Shown: positions 48,459-57,440 of the stretch, piece by piece | Layout of the letters: the number at the start of each line of letters is the position of its first letter | How positions within the stretch are numbered: position 1 is the first letter of the stretch | Assembly (NCBI GenBank): GCA_963822145.1 | Contig: CAWGGG010000004.1 | Span: forward strand, 1,186,832-1,250,831 | From: an uncultured Bacteroidales bacterium | Lineage (GTDB): Bacteria > Bacteroidota > Bacteroidia > Bacteroidales > UBA10428 | Direction: 5' to 3' | Length of the DNA stretch: 64,000 nucleotides | Translations under genes and position numbers: made by a program | The notes under the pieces: model-generated | Databases searched by the model: none | What the model saw: the letters and a program-made list of their open reading frames with translations, nothing else | What the model was told of the DNA's origin: nothing

Positions 48459-48803
48459 ATGCTATACGATCTGAGTGCTCTGCGAAAGCTTTCTGACAAT
48501 GATGAAGCTTTTATTATCGACATGCTGCAGACTTTCAAGCGAACTTCTCCTCCCATATTGCAGCGCATGGAGGAGTATGCAGCACAGCAGAAATTTGACG
48601 CCGCGGGACGTGAAGCCCATAAAATGATACCCGGGGTTTCTTTCCTGGGCGCCAGCCAGTTGCAGGAGCTTCTGGTAAGTATTGAAGAGCGTGCAAAAAG
48701 AGGTGAAGGACTGGATGCTATTCCGCATCTGGTGACTGAGGCCATTAAAAAATCGAACGAACTCATCGCTTGTTTTGAACAGGATTTTCCCGGGAAGCTA
48801 TAG
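48459..48803 (+). CDS. Stand-alone HPt (histidine phosphotransfer) domain protein
   Basis: 114 aa, helical, with the HPt signature HKMIPGVSFLGA (HxxKG..xxxGA pattern). Confidence 0.65.
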   Translation: MLYDLSALRKLSDNDEAFIIDMLQTFKRTSPPILQRMEEYAAQQKFDAAGREAHKMIPGVSFLGASQLQELLVSIEERAKRGEGLDAIPHLVTEAIKKSNELIACFEQDFPGKL

Positions 48804-48811
48804 TGATTACC

Positions 48812-49591
48812 ATGAATGATCTGAAAGTTATCCTGGTTCAGCCCGACATCGTATGGAAATCTCCCCGGGAGAACCTGGAAAAGTATACAAAATTGCTAAA
48901 GGATTCCGGGCAATCCGCCGATCTCGTTTTATTGCCTGAAATGTTTCAGACCGGGTTCTGCATGGAACCGGAAACACTTGCTGAAAAAATGAATGGGGAT
49001 ACGGTGCGGTGGATGAAAAGAACAGCCGGATCCCTGAATTGTGCAGTTGCCGGCTCCCTTATAATTCGTGAGAACAGGCGCTTCTTTAACCGGCTTGTCT
49101 TTATAGATCCCGCCGAGAACTTCACCTGGTACGATAAACGGCATCTATTCCGGATGGGCAAGGAAGAGGTGAAATTCACCGCAGGTCTGAACCGGCTCGT
49201 TGTACCATGGAATGGATGGCGGATTTGTTTTCAGATATGTTATGATCTCAGGTTTCCGGCATGGAGCAGAAATCAGGACGACTATGATATATTGGTATAT
49301 GTTGCCAACTGGCCTGCAGCCCGGAGCGATGTCTGGAATACATTACTTAAAGCCAGGGCGATAGAAAACCAATGTTATGTAATCGGAGTCAACAGGATTG
49401 GTACCGATGGCAACGGGATTTTATACTCCGGAAACTCCCTGGTGATTCATCCGAAAGGAACAATAATCGGGGAAATTCAGGATAGCATTGAGACAGCTAA
49501 AACCTTCACCCTTTCTTGGGACGAATTAAGGAGTTTTCGGGAGAAATTCCCGGTCCTGAGAGACCGGGATGAATTCGAGATTAAATTTTAG
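48812..49591 (+). CDS. Carbon-nitrogen hydrolase family amidohydrolase (omega-amidase YafV-like)
   Basis: The Glu-Lys-Cys triad contexts are visible: LLPEMF, YDKRHLF and RICFQICYDLRFP. Confidence 0.85.
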   Translation: MNDLKVILVQPDIVWKSPRENLEKYTKLLKDSGQSADLVLLPEMFQTGFCMEPETLAEKMNGDTVRWMKRTAGSLNCAVAGSLIIRENRRFFNRLVFIDPAENFTWYDKRHLFRMGKEEVKFTAGLNRLVVPWNGWRICFQICYDLRFPAWSRNQDDYDILVYVANWPAARSDVWNTLLKARAIENQCYVIGVNRIGTDGNGILYSGNSLVIHPKGTIIGEIQDSIETAKTFTLSWDELRSFREKFPVLRDRDEFEIKF

Positions 49592-50130
49592 CAGCAGCCA
49601 CCGTGCGATCCGCCGCAACTCTCACAACCTTCACAGCTGCTTTCAGAATGGACGTGTCCGTGGGTGAGCTCCTCATCCGTTGCCTGGCGGACATCGGTTA
49701 TTTCACCCTTGAAGAATAAATGGTTCCCGGCCAGGGGATGATTAAAATCCATGGTGACAGAATCGGTATCAACACTTTTAACCACGCCGGTCAGCCGATG
49801 TCCATCACTGTCCTGCATGGGTATTTTATTGCCAATTTTCACGAGTTCATAATCCACCTTGCCATCAATTTGAAAAGCCTGTAAAGGAACCTTGATGACA
49901 GAGTTCTCATCGAATTCGCCGTAGGCATCTTCGCTCTGAAGATTAAAATCAAAACTGTCACCTACCTTCAATCCGGCCAGATAATCTTCAAACTTCGGGA
50001 GCAGGGAACCTGTTCCGAACAAAAAGGTCAGCGGTGAGTTACGGTCGACCGATTCAATGACATCACCGTTCTTGCTGTTAACCCGCAATTCGTAGCTAAG
50101 GGATACAACTTTGTTTTGTGTAACTACCAT
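49588..50130 (-). CDS. slyD: FKBP-type peptidyl-prolyl isomerase SlyD with a Cys/His-rich metal-binding tail
   Basis: FKBP plus IF-domain pattern (VVSLSYELRV.., HPLAG). C-terminal HGHVHSESSCEGCESCGGSHGGCC. Confidence 0.85.
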   Translation of the reverse strand: MVVTQNKVVSLSYELRVNSKNGDVIESVDRNSPLTFLFGTGSLLPKFEDYLAGLKVGDSFDFNLQSEDAYGEFDENSVIKVPLQAFQIDGKVDYELVKIGNKIPMQDSDGHRLTGVVKSVDTDSVTMDFNHPLAGNHLFFKGEITDVRQATDEELTHGHVHSESSCEGCESCGGSHGGCC

Positions 50131-50265
50131 ATAAGAAGTATTTTTAATCAGACCATAAATAATTTCGCAAAGAAAGTAAATTTAATCGTAAAACGCTTTT
50201 GTTTCTTATTTAAATTAATTTTAAATAAGCTCATGGCATCAGCCATGATGGCTGAAGGTTCAACC

Positions 50266-51528
50266 CTAATCATCCTGACATTCCAAGGTGATCCGGGTAA
50301 TTTCCGGTCTTAATCCAATCCTGCCCGGAAATCCGATATATCCGAGGCCGCGGTTAACATATAGGGCCTGTCCGTTTTGCCTGTACAGTCCCATCCACCG
50401 TTTATAAATATACTTCGAAGGACTCCAGCGGTAGTCTCCAAGCCTGATACCAAACTGCATACCATGGGTATGGCCTGAAAGGGTGAGTGGAATATCAGTT
50501 TGCCCATTAACCTGAGCATCCCAATGGGTGGGATCATGGGATAGCAGGATCTTAAAGACATCATCCGGAATATGCTCCAGGGCTTTCCTGAGATCACCGT
50601 ATTGTTTAAAAGGAGGCAGTCCCCAATTTTCAACACCTATTATGGCCAGCAAACCTCCCCTGATCCGAACGGTATCAAAGGTGTTGGAAAGTAACCGGAA
50701 TCCCATGTCACGATGCACATCAAAAAGCATTTTAAGGTTTTCCGCTTTCTCCTGGCTGGATTTCCATTCCCAATAATCCCCGTAATCATGATTGCCCAAA
50801 ACGGAATACTTACCATAACCGGCTTTCAGACGTGCAAAAACAGGTTCCCAGCCGTGTGCCTCTTCAGTAAAGTTATTGACCAGGTCACCAGTGAACAAAA
50901 TCAGGTCGGGATTAAGGGAATTAACAATATCCACAGCCTTCTGCAATTGTTTTTTCTTGCCATACAGACTGCCCAGGTGAATATCAGAAAGCTGCACTAT
51001 GGTCAGACCATCCAGCTCCACCGGAAGGTTGCGAAACTTCAATTCAACCTCCTCAACCTGATAATGAAATCTGCCGAAGGCCAAACCCCAGAGGATGGCT
51101 AAGAAAGGGATCACACTGATAAAGAGCCCTGTGTGGGAAATCACTGATAATCGCAAAGGCATCTGGGAAGCGATGGATGCCTTTCCGGTAATCCATTTGA
51201 CAGGCCATGATCCAAGCCAGATAAGATCTTCAACCCCGCGGAAACTAATGAATACCAGTTTTGGTAAATAAACCAGGATGAAAATACCTGCCAGAAGGAA
51301 CACCGCAGACAACCCGGCAGGATTTCTGTCGTCCGTTTCAAAACGGAAAAATAGCATGAAAGCTAAGAGAAATGATGCTGTAATGGCCCAGAATCCAATA
51401 ATTCCGGCGACCACGATCCCATGGCTTTGATCCTTAAAAAGACCATAAAGTGCCGTAAAAACATAAATATCAACAAGAACAGTAAAAATAATCAGGTAAA
51501 CCTTAAACATTAACATACGTGCAGCCAT
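50266..51528 (-). CDS. Membrane-anchored calcineurin-like metallophosphoesterase
   Basis: N-terminal ~150 aa has 4-5 TM helices, followed by LSDIHLG, TGDLVN, GNHD and GHTH motifs. Confidence 0.8.
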   Translation of the reverse strand: MAARMLMFKVYLIIFTVLVDIYVFTALYGLFKDQSHGIVVAGIIGFWAITASFLLAFMLFFRFETDDRNPAGLSAVFLLAGIFILVYLPKLVFISFRGVEDLIWLGSWPVKWITGKASIASQMPLRLSVISHTGLFISVIPFLAILWGLAFGRFHYQVEEVELKFRNLPVELDGLTIVQLSDIHLGSLYGKKKQLQKAVDIVNSLNPDLILFTGDLVNNFTEEAHGWEPVFARLKAGYGKYSVLGNHDYGDYWEWKSSQEKAENLKMLFDVHRDMGFRLLSNTFDTVRIRGGLLAIIGVENWGLPPFKQYGDLRKALEHIPDDVFKILLSHDPTHWDAQVNGQTDIPLTLSGHTHGMQFGIRLGDYRWSPSKYIYKRWMGLYRQNGQALYVNRGLGYIGFPGRIGLRPEITRITLECQDD

Positions 51529-51650
51529 CTTATAGAAATACGAATTAAACTATAGTCAGTTAACACAATTTGGAGGTGAAAGTTAATTAAAGCAACAGAA
51601 TAATATGATAATGCAGTAATGTTTAGTATTTTAGTCTGATATAATTGACC

Positions 51651-52289
51651 ATGTGTTATACCATCAAAATCGACCTGACAAGAGAAGAGCTCGAAAAACG
51701 TTTTGGAGCAAAATTCCAGGGATCAGGAGATTTTATTACCGGTGACCGTATCAGTGCTTTCTCACTCCCTGTATTGCCTTTAATTTGCAGTGATAAACCA
51801 GATGAAATCAGACTGTACAGGTGGGGACTGATTCCTTATTGGGTCAAAGATCGCAAAAGCGCCACAGAGATCAGGACAAAGACTTTTAATGCCAGGGCCG
51901 AATCCCTGGCCGAAAAACCATCCTTTCGGAATTCACTGAAACGAAAAAGATGCCTGGTACCGGTGAATGGATTTTATGAATGGCAGACATTGGAGAAGCA
52001 TAAGATACCTTACTATATAACCGTGAAGGGGCAACCTATTATAGTCCTGGCTGGACTCTATGACAGCTGGAATAGCCAGGAGACCGGAGAAATCATCAAT
52101 ACCTTTACCATTGTTACCACACGGGCAAATCCCCTGATGGAAGAAATTCACAACCTGAAAAAGCGGATGCCGGTCATACTATCACCGGAAAGTGAAAAAA
52201 TATGGCTCAACCTGCTTGCAGATCCTGAAAAGGAGGGTTTACTGGAACCATACCCACAGGAATATATGCTGGCTGAGATGTTGAAATAG
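51651..52289 (+). CDS. SOS response-associated peptidase (SRAP/YedK family, abasic-site DNA-protein crosslinking)
   Basis: Starts MCYT.. at the ATG at 51651, so the family's catalytic Cys is residue 2. Also has NARAES, GFYEW and KRMPVIL motifs. Confidence 0.85.
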   Translation: MCYTIKIDLTREELEKRFGAKFQGSGDFITGDRISAFSLPVLPLICSDKPDEIRLYRWGLIPYWVKDRKSATEIRTKTFNARAESLAEKPSFRNSLKRKRCLVPVNGFYEWQTLEKHKIPYYITVKGQPIIVLAGLYDSWNSQETGEIINTFTIVTTRANPLMEEIHNLKKRMPVILSPESEKIWLNLLADPEKEGLLEPYPQEYMLAEMLK

Positions 52290-52388
52290 ACACACATAAT
52301 TTCCTGAAAATGTTAGGCAATTACAAGCTTGCATTGTAACTTAGTTATTATATTGTTGACGTGGCCACTAACCTAAAATTGTGTAACT

Positions 52389-53255
52389 ATGAATTATTAC
52401 TTGATCATTATTCCGGTTGTCCTTATTTTTCTTATGGGTATCAGAATTATCAGACCCACACACAAAGGATTAATTGAACGACTTGGCAAGTATCACCGTT
52501 TTGCCGAGCCTGGGTTCCATTGGATCATTCCCGGTATTGAAAGACTGTTCCGCGTAAATATTACCGAACAAATGGTCAATGCCGAACCCCAGGAAATCAT
52601 CACCAATGATAACCTGAATGCCAAAGTGGATGCCCAGGTATATTTTAAAGTAAAAAGCGATGAGGGAAGTGTTAAAGGGTCACAATACAACGTGAACAAT
52701 TACAGCTGGCAGATTGTGAACCTTGCCCGTACCACCCTGCGTAATATTATTGGAACACTGACCCTGAAATCGGCCAACAGTGAACGCGGAAGGATCAATG
52801 CTGACCTTCACCGCACCTTGCTGGAAGAAACCCGGAGCTGGGGCATTGAAATTGTTAGAACCGAATTGAAAGAGATTGATCCTCCGAAGGATGTTCAGGA
52901 GACCATGAACAAGGTAGTAAAAGCTGAAAATGAAAAAATTGCAGCTATTGACTTTGCATCGGCACGTGAGACAGTGGCTGATGGCGAGAAACGTGCGAAA
53001 ATCAAAGAAGCTGAAGGGTATAAACAGTCGCAGATATTGCATGCCGAAGGTGAGGCCGAAGCCATCAGGCTTGTGAATGAGGCTGCCGATAAATACTTTA
53101 TTGGAAATGCCCAGTTGCTGAGAAAACTTGAGGCCATGGAAGCCTCGCTGAGGGATAACGCCAAAATTGTGGTTCCAACAGGTGCCGAGCTGGTGAATAT
53201 TATTGGAGAAATGGCCGGGGTATTGCCCTTGGACAGGAAGAAGAGTGAAAAGTGA
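52389..53255 (+). CDS. SPFH/Band-7 (stomatin/HflK-C-like) membrane protein
   Basis: N-terminal TM, an SPFH core (..TNDNLNAKVDAQVYFKV..) and a coiled-coil Ala/Glu-rich C-terminus. Confidence 0.85.
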   Translation: MNYYLIIIPVVLIFLMGIRIIRPTHKGLIERLGKYHRFAEPGFHWIIPGIERLFRVNITEQMVNAEPQEIITNDNLNAKVDAQVYFKVKSDEGSVKGSQYNVNNYSWQIVNLARTTLRNIIGTLTLKSANSERGRINADLHRTLLEETRSWGIEIVRTELKEIDPPKDVQETMNKVVKAENEKIAAIDFASARETVADGEKRAKIKEAEGYKQSQILHAEGEAEAIRLVNEAADKYFIGNAQLLRKLEAMEASLRDNAKIVVPTGAELVNIIGEMAGVLPLDRKKSEK

Positions 53256-53302
53256 ATAGTGAAAAGTTTTTAACTATTCGTTTTTCACTTTTCATTTTTC
53301 AC
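53245..53302. repeat. Inverted pair of heptamer triplets, (GTGAAAA)x3 ... (TTTTCAC-type)x3, forming a hairpin between convergent genes
   Basis: GTGAAAA GTGAATA GTGAAAA at 53245-53265. CGTTTTT CACTTTT CATTTTT CAC at 53279-53302. Both flanking stop codons (53253-55 and 53285-87) lie inside the arms. Confidence 0.9.
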
Positions 53303-54127
53303 TAAATAAGCCTTTTCCCAGCCTATCATTGCGGCTTTACGACCGGCATTCCACCGGTAATTGCCGATTATTCCTTCACTCCGGATAACCCTGTGGCATG
53401 GGATCAGGTAAGCAACGGGATTATGAGCAATAGCCGTTCCCACTGCCCGGGTTGCTTTTGGCTTGCCTGTTGCATCAGCAATACCCTGATAACTTGCCAC
53501 ATGGCCGAATGGGATCCTTAATAAGGCCTCCCATACCTGTACCTGGAAATCCGTTCCTTTTACCAAAACCCGGAATGGAATGTCTTTTTCATTCCGGCTG
53601 AAAATCTGTTCAATCAATGGCCCGGTTATGGTCTGGTTTCTCTGAATTAAAGCTTTTTCCCATTGCTGCTGCAATTCATATAATGCGGTATCGGATGACC
53701 CGTTCAGGAAGCCCATGGCGCATATCCCCCTTGGGGTAACGGCTACAAAACAATTACCGAAAGGAGAAGGATGTATCCCGTAATCAATAACCAACCCCTG
53801 CCCTCTTGTCTTATATTCACCGGGAGTAACTGCTTCTATGCTGACAAAGAGATCATATACACGGCTCTGTGAAGACAATCCCACATTTTCCGCGGCCATT
53901 AAAAGATTTTCGGTGCGATGAACTTCCTGTTTCAGCGCTTCCAGTGTAAGGTACTGAACAAATTTTTTCGGACTGATGCCGGCCCACTCCGTGAAGGTAC
54001 GTTGCAGGTGAAACGGGCTCATGTGCATTTGTTCTGCAATTTCATCAAGTGACGGTTGCTTCCTGAAGTTTGTTGTGAGAAATCTGATGGCCTTTTCTAC
54101 CAATAGGTATGCAGAAGGATTGGTCAT
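53285..54127 (-). CDS. AraC-type HTH fused to O6-alkylguanine-DNA alkyltransferase (Ada/Ogt-like)
   Basis: AraC HTH (SLDEIAEQMHMSPFHLQRTF) followed by the alkyltransferase active site IPCHRVIRSEG. Start set at the ATG at 54127 (track ORF extends to 54214). Confidence 0.85.
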   Translation of the reverse strand: MTNPSAYLLVEKAIRFLTTNFRKQPSLDEIAEQMHMSPFHLQRTFTEWAGISPKKFVQYLTLEALKQEVHRTENLLMAAENVGLSSQSRVYDLFVSIEAVTPGEYKTRGQGLVIDYGIHPSPFGNCFVAVTPRGICAMGFLNGSSDTALYELQQQWEKALIQRNQTITGPLIEQIFSRNEKDIPFRVLVKGTDFQVQVWEALLRIPFGHVASYQGIADATGKPKATRAVGTAIAHNPVAYLIPCHRVIRSEGIIGNYRWNAGRKAAMIGWEKAYLVKNEK

Positions 54128-54267
54128 TTTTGTTTTTTTTGTGGTAAAATTGCGCAGAAATGGCCAGACCTCCAACCCGATTCTTGCTGAAATATTTTCC
54201 TGGTTTTTTATCAATACATTTGGCAGGCTTAAAAATAAACGTTAATTTTGTACCGCTTTAAAAAACT

Positions 54268-54341
54268 GGTCATGTAGTTCAGCTGGTTAGAATGCCGGCC
54301 TGTCACGCCGGAGGTCGCGGGTTCGAGTCCCGTCGTGACCG
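54268..54341 (+). tRNA. tRNA-Asp (anticodon GTC)
   Basis: A 74-nt cloverleaf folded by hand: acceptor GGTCATG/CGTGACC, anticodon stem CCGGC/GCCGG, loop CTGTCAC, T-arm GCGGG-TTCGAGT-CCCGT. CCA is not encoded. Confidence 0.9.
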
Positions 54342-54358
54342 CAGCTAAAGCGAGTTAA

Positions 54359-54395
54359 CCCCTGTTAGTCAATAGATTAACGGGGGTTTTTCTTT
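54359..54395 (+). terminator. Stem-loop plus T-run after tRNA-Asp
   Basis: CCCCTGTTA / TAACGGGG stem (one bulge) with a 10-nt loop, then GTTTTTCTTT. Confidence 0.55.
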
Positions 54396-54397
54396 GC

Positions 54398-54421
54398 ATG
54401 GTGTCGGATATGGTGTCAGAT
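54398..54421 (+). repeat. 12-bp tandem direct repeat ATGGTGTCGGAT ATGGTGTCAGAT
   Basis: Two adjacent copies (11/12 identical) 57 nt downstream of the tRNA end, at the presumed island junction. Confidence 0.85.
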
Positions 54422-54655
54422 TTCCGGAACCATATTTTTTATATTAATTAAATTTGTACTCGGTTTCATTGCATTTATCTATTGAATTGTTCAGGTTTTC
54501 CTAAACAGCAATTCATCAGAAAAAGTTAGGGGAAATGCAATCTGGGCCTTATCAGTGTGCTTTGATAAGGGACAAGAAGCAAGAAAACCAATGGGATAGC
54601 GGATCACCCTAAGACCTGCATGTTGATAGTTACTAACGTTATATGTAATATGATT

Positions 54656-54931
54656 ATGGAAAATGTGTCGTTACAGGAGTTGAGGTCCTTGATTGCTGAG
54701 GTTGTATCCCAGCAGCTCATAAAATTTAATCCTCAAGCCCAGCCAAAGACGGAATATTTAACGCGAATCGAGGTCGCGAGAGCTTTAAGAATAAGCCTTC
54801 CAACTTTGAACGAGCTTACTAAAACCGGGAAAATACCAGCTTATAGGATTGGGGGCCGTGTTTTATATAAGTCCAATGAGGTAAGGGAATCCCTATCAAA
54901 AATTAAGGTATTGATGAGGAGGGCCGAATAA
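54656..54931 (+). CDS. Helix-turn-helix DNA-binding protein (HTH_17 / excisionase-like)
   Basis: YLTRIEVARALRISLPTLNELTKTGKIPAYRIGGRVLYKSNEV is the MerR-superfamily excisionase-type HTH common in Bacteroidota mobile elements. Start chosen at the ATG at 54656. Confidence 0.7.
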   Translation: MENVSLQELRSLIAEVVSQQLIKFNPQAQPKTEYLTRIEVARALRISLPTLNELTKTGKIPAYRIGGRVLYKSNEVRESLSKIKVLMRRAE

Positions 54932-55095
54932 TGAACCCGATTCAGGAATTAAAGCACCTGTATTTGCAGGAGAATTGCCGGCGATTCACTTCCCTGCATG
55001 AATATGCTAAGGGAGCACATCTTATTTGTAGGACATTTCGGACCTTTTATGATTGGTATAAAAAAGAAAGGAGATTGCTATGGATCAAATATTAA
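54931..55095 (+). CDS. Small ORF (54 aa), translationally coupled between the HTH gene and the primase gene
   Basis: Its ATG overlaps the HTH stop (TAATG) and its 3' end overlaps the primase start by 16 nt. MNPIQELKHLYLQENCRRFTSLHEYAKGAHLICRTFRTFYDWYKKERRLLWIKY. Below the ORF-track cutoff, hand translated. Confidence 0.3.
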   Translation: MNPIQELKHLYLQENCRRFTSLHEYAKGAHLICRTFRTFYDWYKKERRLLWIKY

Positions 55096-57245
55096 CTAGT
55101 TCTGAAATTTCATCAGCAGCGCAAAGGACAGATCTGAAATTATTTTCCGTTTACAAAGCACCCATAAAGTCAACGATCCCCTACAAAGAAGTCTCCATTC
55201 ATGATGTTTATCAGGTAATAAGGTCGACGAAATATAAGGATATCACTGAAGAACTGAGGAAACTGACGGGGGATAAACTCAAAGAACAGGAATTCAAGCA
55301 AAGCAAATTGGATTATGTAACATTCAGCGGAACTTTCAATACTCGGGCTGAAGCGGGACTTAAAAACCATTCAGGTTTAATTTGTATTGATCTTGATGAT
55401 TTATCGGATATTCAATACTTGCAGCAAAGAATTTTAAAGGAATATACTCCAGCATTAATTTTTGTCAGTCCACGCGGCAAAGGCTTGAAAATCGTGTACT
55501 GCATAGATATTGAGGCAGCCACACATCTTGAGTATTTTAACGCATTTTCAGCATATTTCAAACATACCCTTTACGTTGATATTGATCGAAATTGTAAAGA
55601 TGTTTCAAGGGCTTGTTATTTATGCTATGATCCTAATGTTATCTGTTCCGATAATCCGACAGTCTTGAACCGATCATTCATTGATTTATATCAAAAGCAG
55701 GAAAATACTCTCAATATTTCATTGCCCACAGATAAACCTGTTTGGCGAGACATTTATAACAAACTTAGAATATGGTTAGATAAGCAAGAGTCATTTATTG
55801 AGGGAAATCGTAATAAATACATAACAAAACTTACTTCCGCTTGTAACACTTATGGTATTCCTCAAAATGAATTAGAAGTATTACTTGAGGAATTTCAACA
55901 GGAAACCTTCACACAAAAAGAAATCAATGATACCGTAAAAAGTATTTACAATACTCATTCTGCTGAGCATGGAACAAAATCTTTTGATTTTAATATACCT
56001 TTCAATGTTGAAACATTAGCTGCTGAGGAAGAAAAAGAAACACTTCCGGAAACACCATTATTTCCCATAGAAGGGTTTCCTCAATTCATACAAGACCTTA
56101 TTACTGAGTGCTCAAGAGTATATGGTACACATCCTGATTTTTGGGCTGGGGCTATATTATCTGCAACAGCCATAGGAATTGGCAATACTTGTCGTCTGGT
56201 CACTAAATATGACAATAGTTCAATATTGTGGCTAACATTAGTCGCTCCATCCGGTATCGGAAAGACAGAACCGCTTAGGTTTGCCTTCAAACCTTTTCAC
56301 TACTTAGATTCAATGGAGGCAGAAAGGTATGAGCAGGCAGTAAAGGAATATGAGATTAATAAGAAAAAACCCAGAGAAGAACAGCAAGATTTACAAACTC
56401 CCGAATGCAAACTGCATATCCTGTCTGATGCAACACCCGAAGCTGTTATTCAGGCAAATAAGATCAACCCCCGGGGCATTTTGATTGAACGGGACGAATT
56501 ACATGGATGGTTGCTTGACTTTGGCCGTTACAATAAATCGGGAGAGGTCCAAAATTGGATAAGTGCTTGGTCGCAGACACCGATGACAGTCAACAGGAAA
56601 GGACAATCCCCCCTGAAGATTGAAAACCCATTTATAAACGTGATAGGCGGAATCCAACCCGAAATATTACCTGAACTAGCTAAGGAACACCGGGAAGTTA
56701 ATGGATTCTTACAGCGTTTTTGCTTTATATACCCTGATAGAACAATTAGGCCATACTACAGTAATATTAAACTTCCCGACAATTTAATATTAGCTTATCA
56801 GCAATATTGCAATAATCTTTTATCAATAACTGACCAAGATCAGATTGGACTTTCTAAAGACGCAGAAGATGTTTACACGGTCTTCATTAATCACAATACT
56901 GATACAATCAATAAGGAGAAAGTGGAATATTTACGAGCAGTTTACTCAAAGCTGGACATATTTTGTTTACGGTTTGCGCTAATTATACATATAATGAAGC
57001 TTGTTTGCACTGGCGTTGATGAGAACATGATCACACTTGAAACCATGCAGGCAGCAATCAGAATGACAGATTATTTTCGGATCACTGGAATAAAAGTTTA
57101 CCATAAGTTAAGGATCTCAAATAAATATGATACCAAAGAACTGATTAAACTTTTATCTGGTTTGGGCAATTCCCAGAATCAGATTAGCGAGGTATTGAAA
57201 GTTAGTCAACCGTACGTATGCAAGATCCTAAAAACAAAAATATAA
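55080..57245 (+). CDS. Primase-helicase-like replication protein (BT4734/VirE-N-type primase-polymerase domain, DUF3987 P-loop domain, C-terminal HTH)
   Basis: AEP-like motifs GLICIDLDD, FVSPRGKGLKIVY and CKDVSRACYLCYD. Walker A LVAPSGIGKTE. C-terminal HTH NSQNQISEVLKVSQPYVCKIL. AAAGGAG lies upstream of the ATG. Confidence 0.8.
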   Translation: MDQILTSSEISSAAQRTDLKLFSVYKAPIKSTIPYKEVSIHDVYQVIRSTKYKDITEELRKLTGDKLKEQEFKQSKLDYVTFSGTFNTRAEAGLKNHSGLICIDLDDLSDIQYLQQRILKEYTPALIFVSPRGKGLKIVYCIDIEAATHLEYFNAFSAYFKHTLYVDIDRNCKDVSRACYLCYDPNVICSDNPTVLNRSFIDLYQKQENTLNISLPTDKPVWRDIYNKLRIWLDKQESFIEGNRNKYITKLTSACNTYGIPQNELEVLLEEFQQETFTQKEINDTVKSIYNTHSAEHGTKSFDFNIPFNVETLAAEEEKETLPETPLFPIEGFPQFIQDLITECSRVYGTHPDFWAGAILSATAIGIGNTCRLVTKYDNSSILWLTLVAPSGIGKTEPLRFAFKPFHYLDSMEAERYEQAVKEYEINKKKPREEQQDLQTPECKLHILSDATPEAVIQANKINPRGILIERDELHGWLLDFGRYNKSGEVQNWISAWSQTPMTVNRKGQSPLKIENPFINVIGGIQPEILPELAKEHREVNGFLQRFCFIYPDRTIRPYYSNIKLPDNLILAYQQYCNNLLSITDQDQIGLSKDAEDVYTVFINHNTDTINKEKVEYLRAVYSKLDIFCLRFALIIHIMKLVCTGVDENMITLETMQAAIRMTDYFRITGIKVYHKLRISNKYDTKELIKLLSGLGNSQNQISEVLKVSQPYVCKILKTKI

Positions 57246-57255
57246 TTATGAATAT

Positions 57256-57421
57256 GGTTATAAGTTATATAATTCTAAAAGCAATACCAGTAAGGGGATT
57301 GACATATAACCAGCATATAACTTTAAAAAAAGTGATATGAAATTCTTGGTTATACCTAATTTATAAGCAAAACGCCTGTAAATAAAGGGATTCATCGGAT
57401 TATAACTTATAGCCTTATAAC
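57256..57421. repeat. Cluster of TTATAAC / GTTATAA heptamer motifs in both orientations (iteron-like)
   Basis: Copies at 57256-63, 57264-70 and 57348-55 (GGTTATA orientation), and at 57304-10, 57315-21, 57399-406 and 57415-21 ((A/T)TATAAC orientation). Two of them are spaced 11 bp apart. Confidence 0.6.
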
Positions 57422-57440
57422 CCATAGAAAATATAATACA

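Noticed and set aside
48014-48766. 250-aa minus-strand ORF spanning the mazG 3' end, the heptamer repeats and the HPt gene
   Set aside because: It runs antisense across two plus-strand genes with clear motifs and through a non-coding repeat. The peptide is repeat-derived low complexity (..FFFFRLLP..).
45691-53302. Possibility that the short tandem repeats represent a CRISPR array
   Set aside because: The units are 7 bp with no spacers of unique sequence, and the arrays are under 65 bp. No cas genes and no 25-40-bp repeat/spacer periodicity were seen anywhere in the window.
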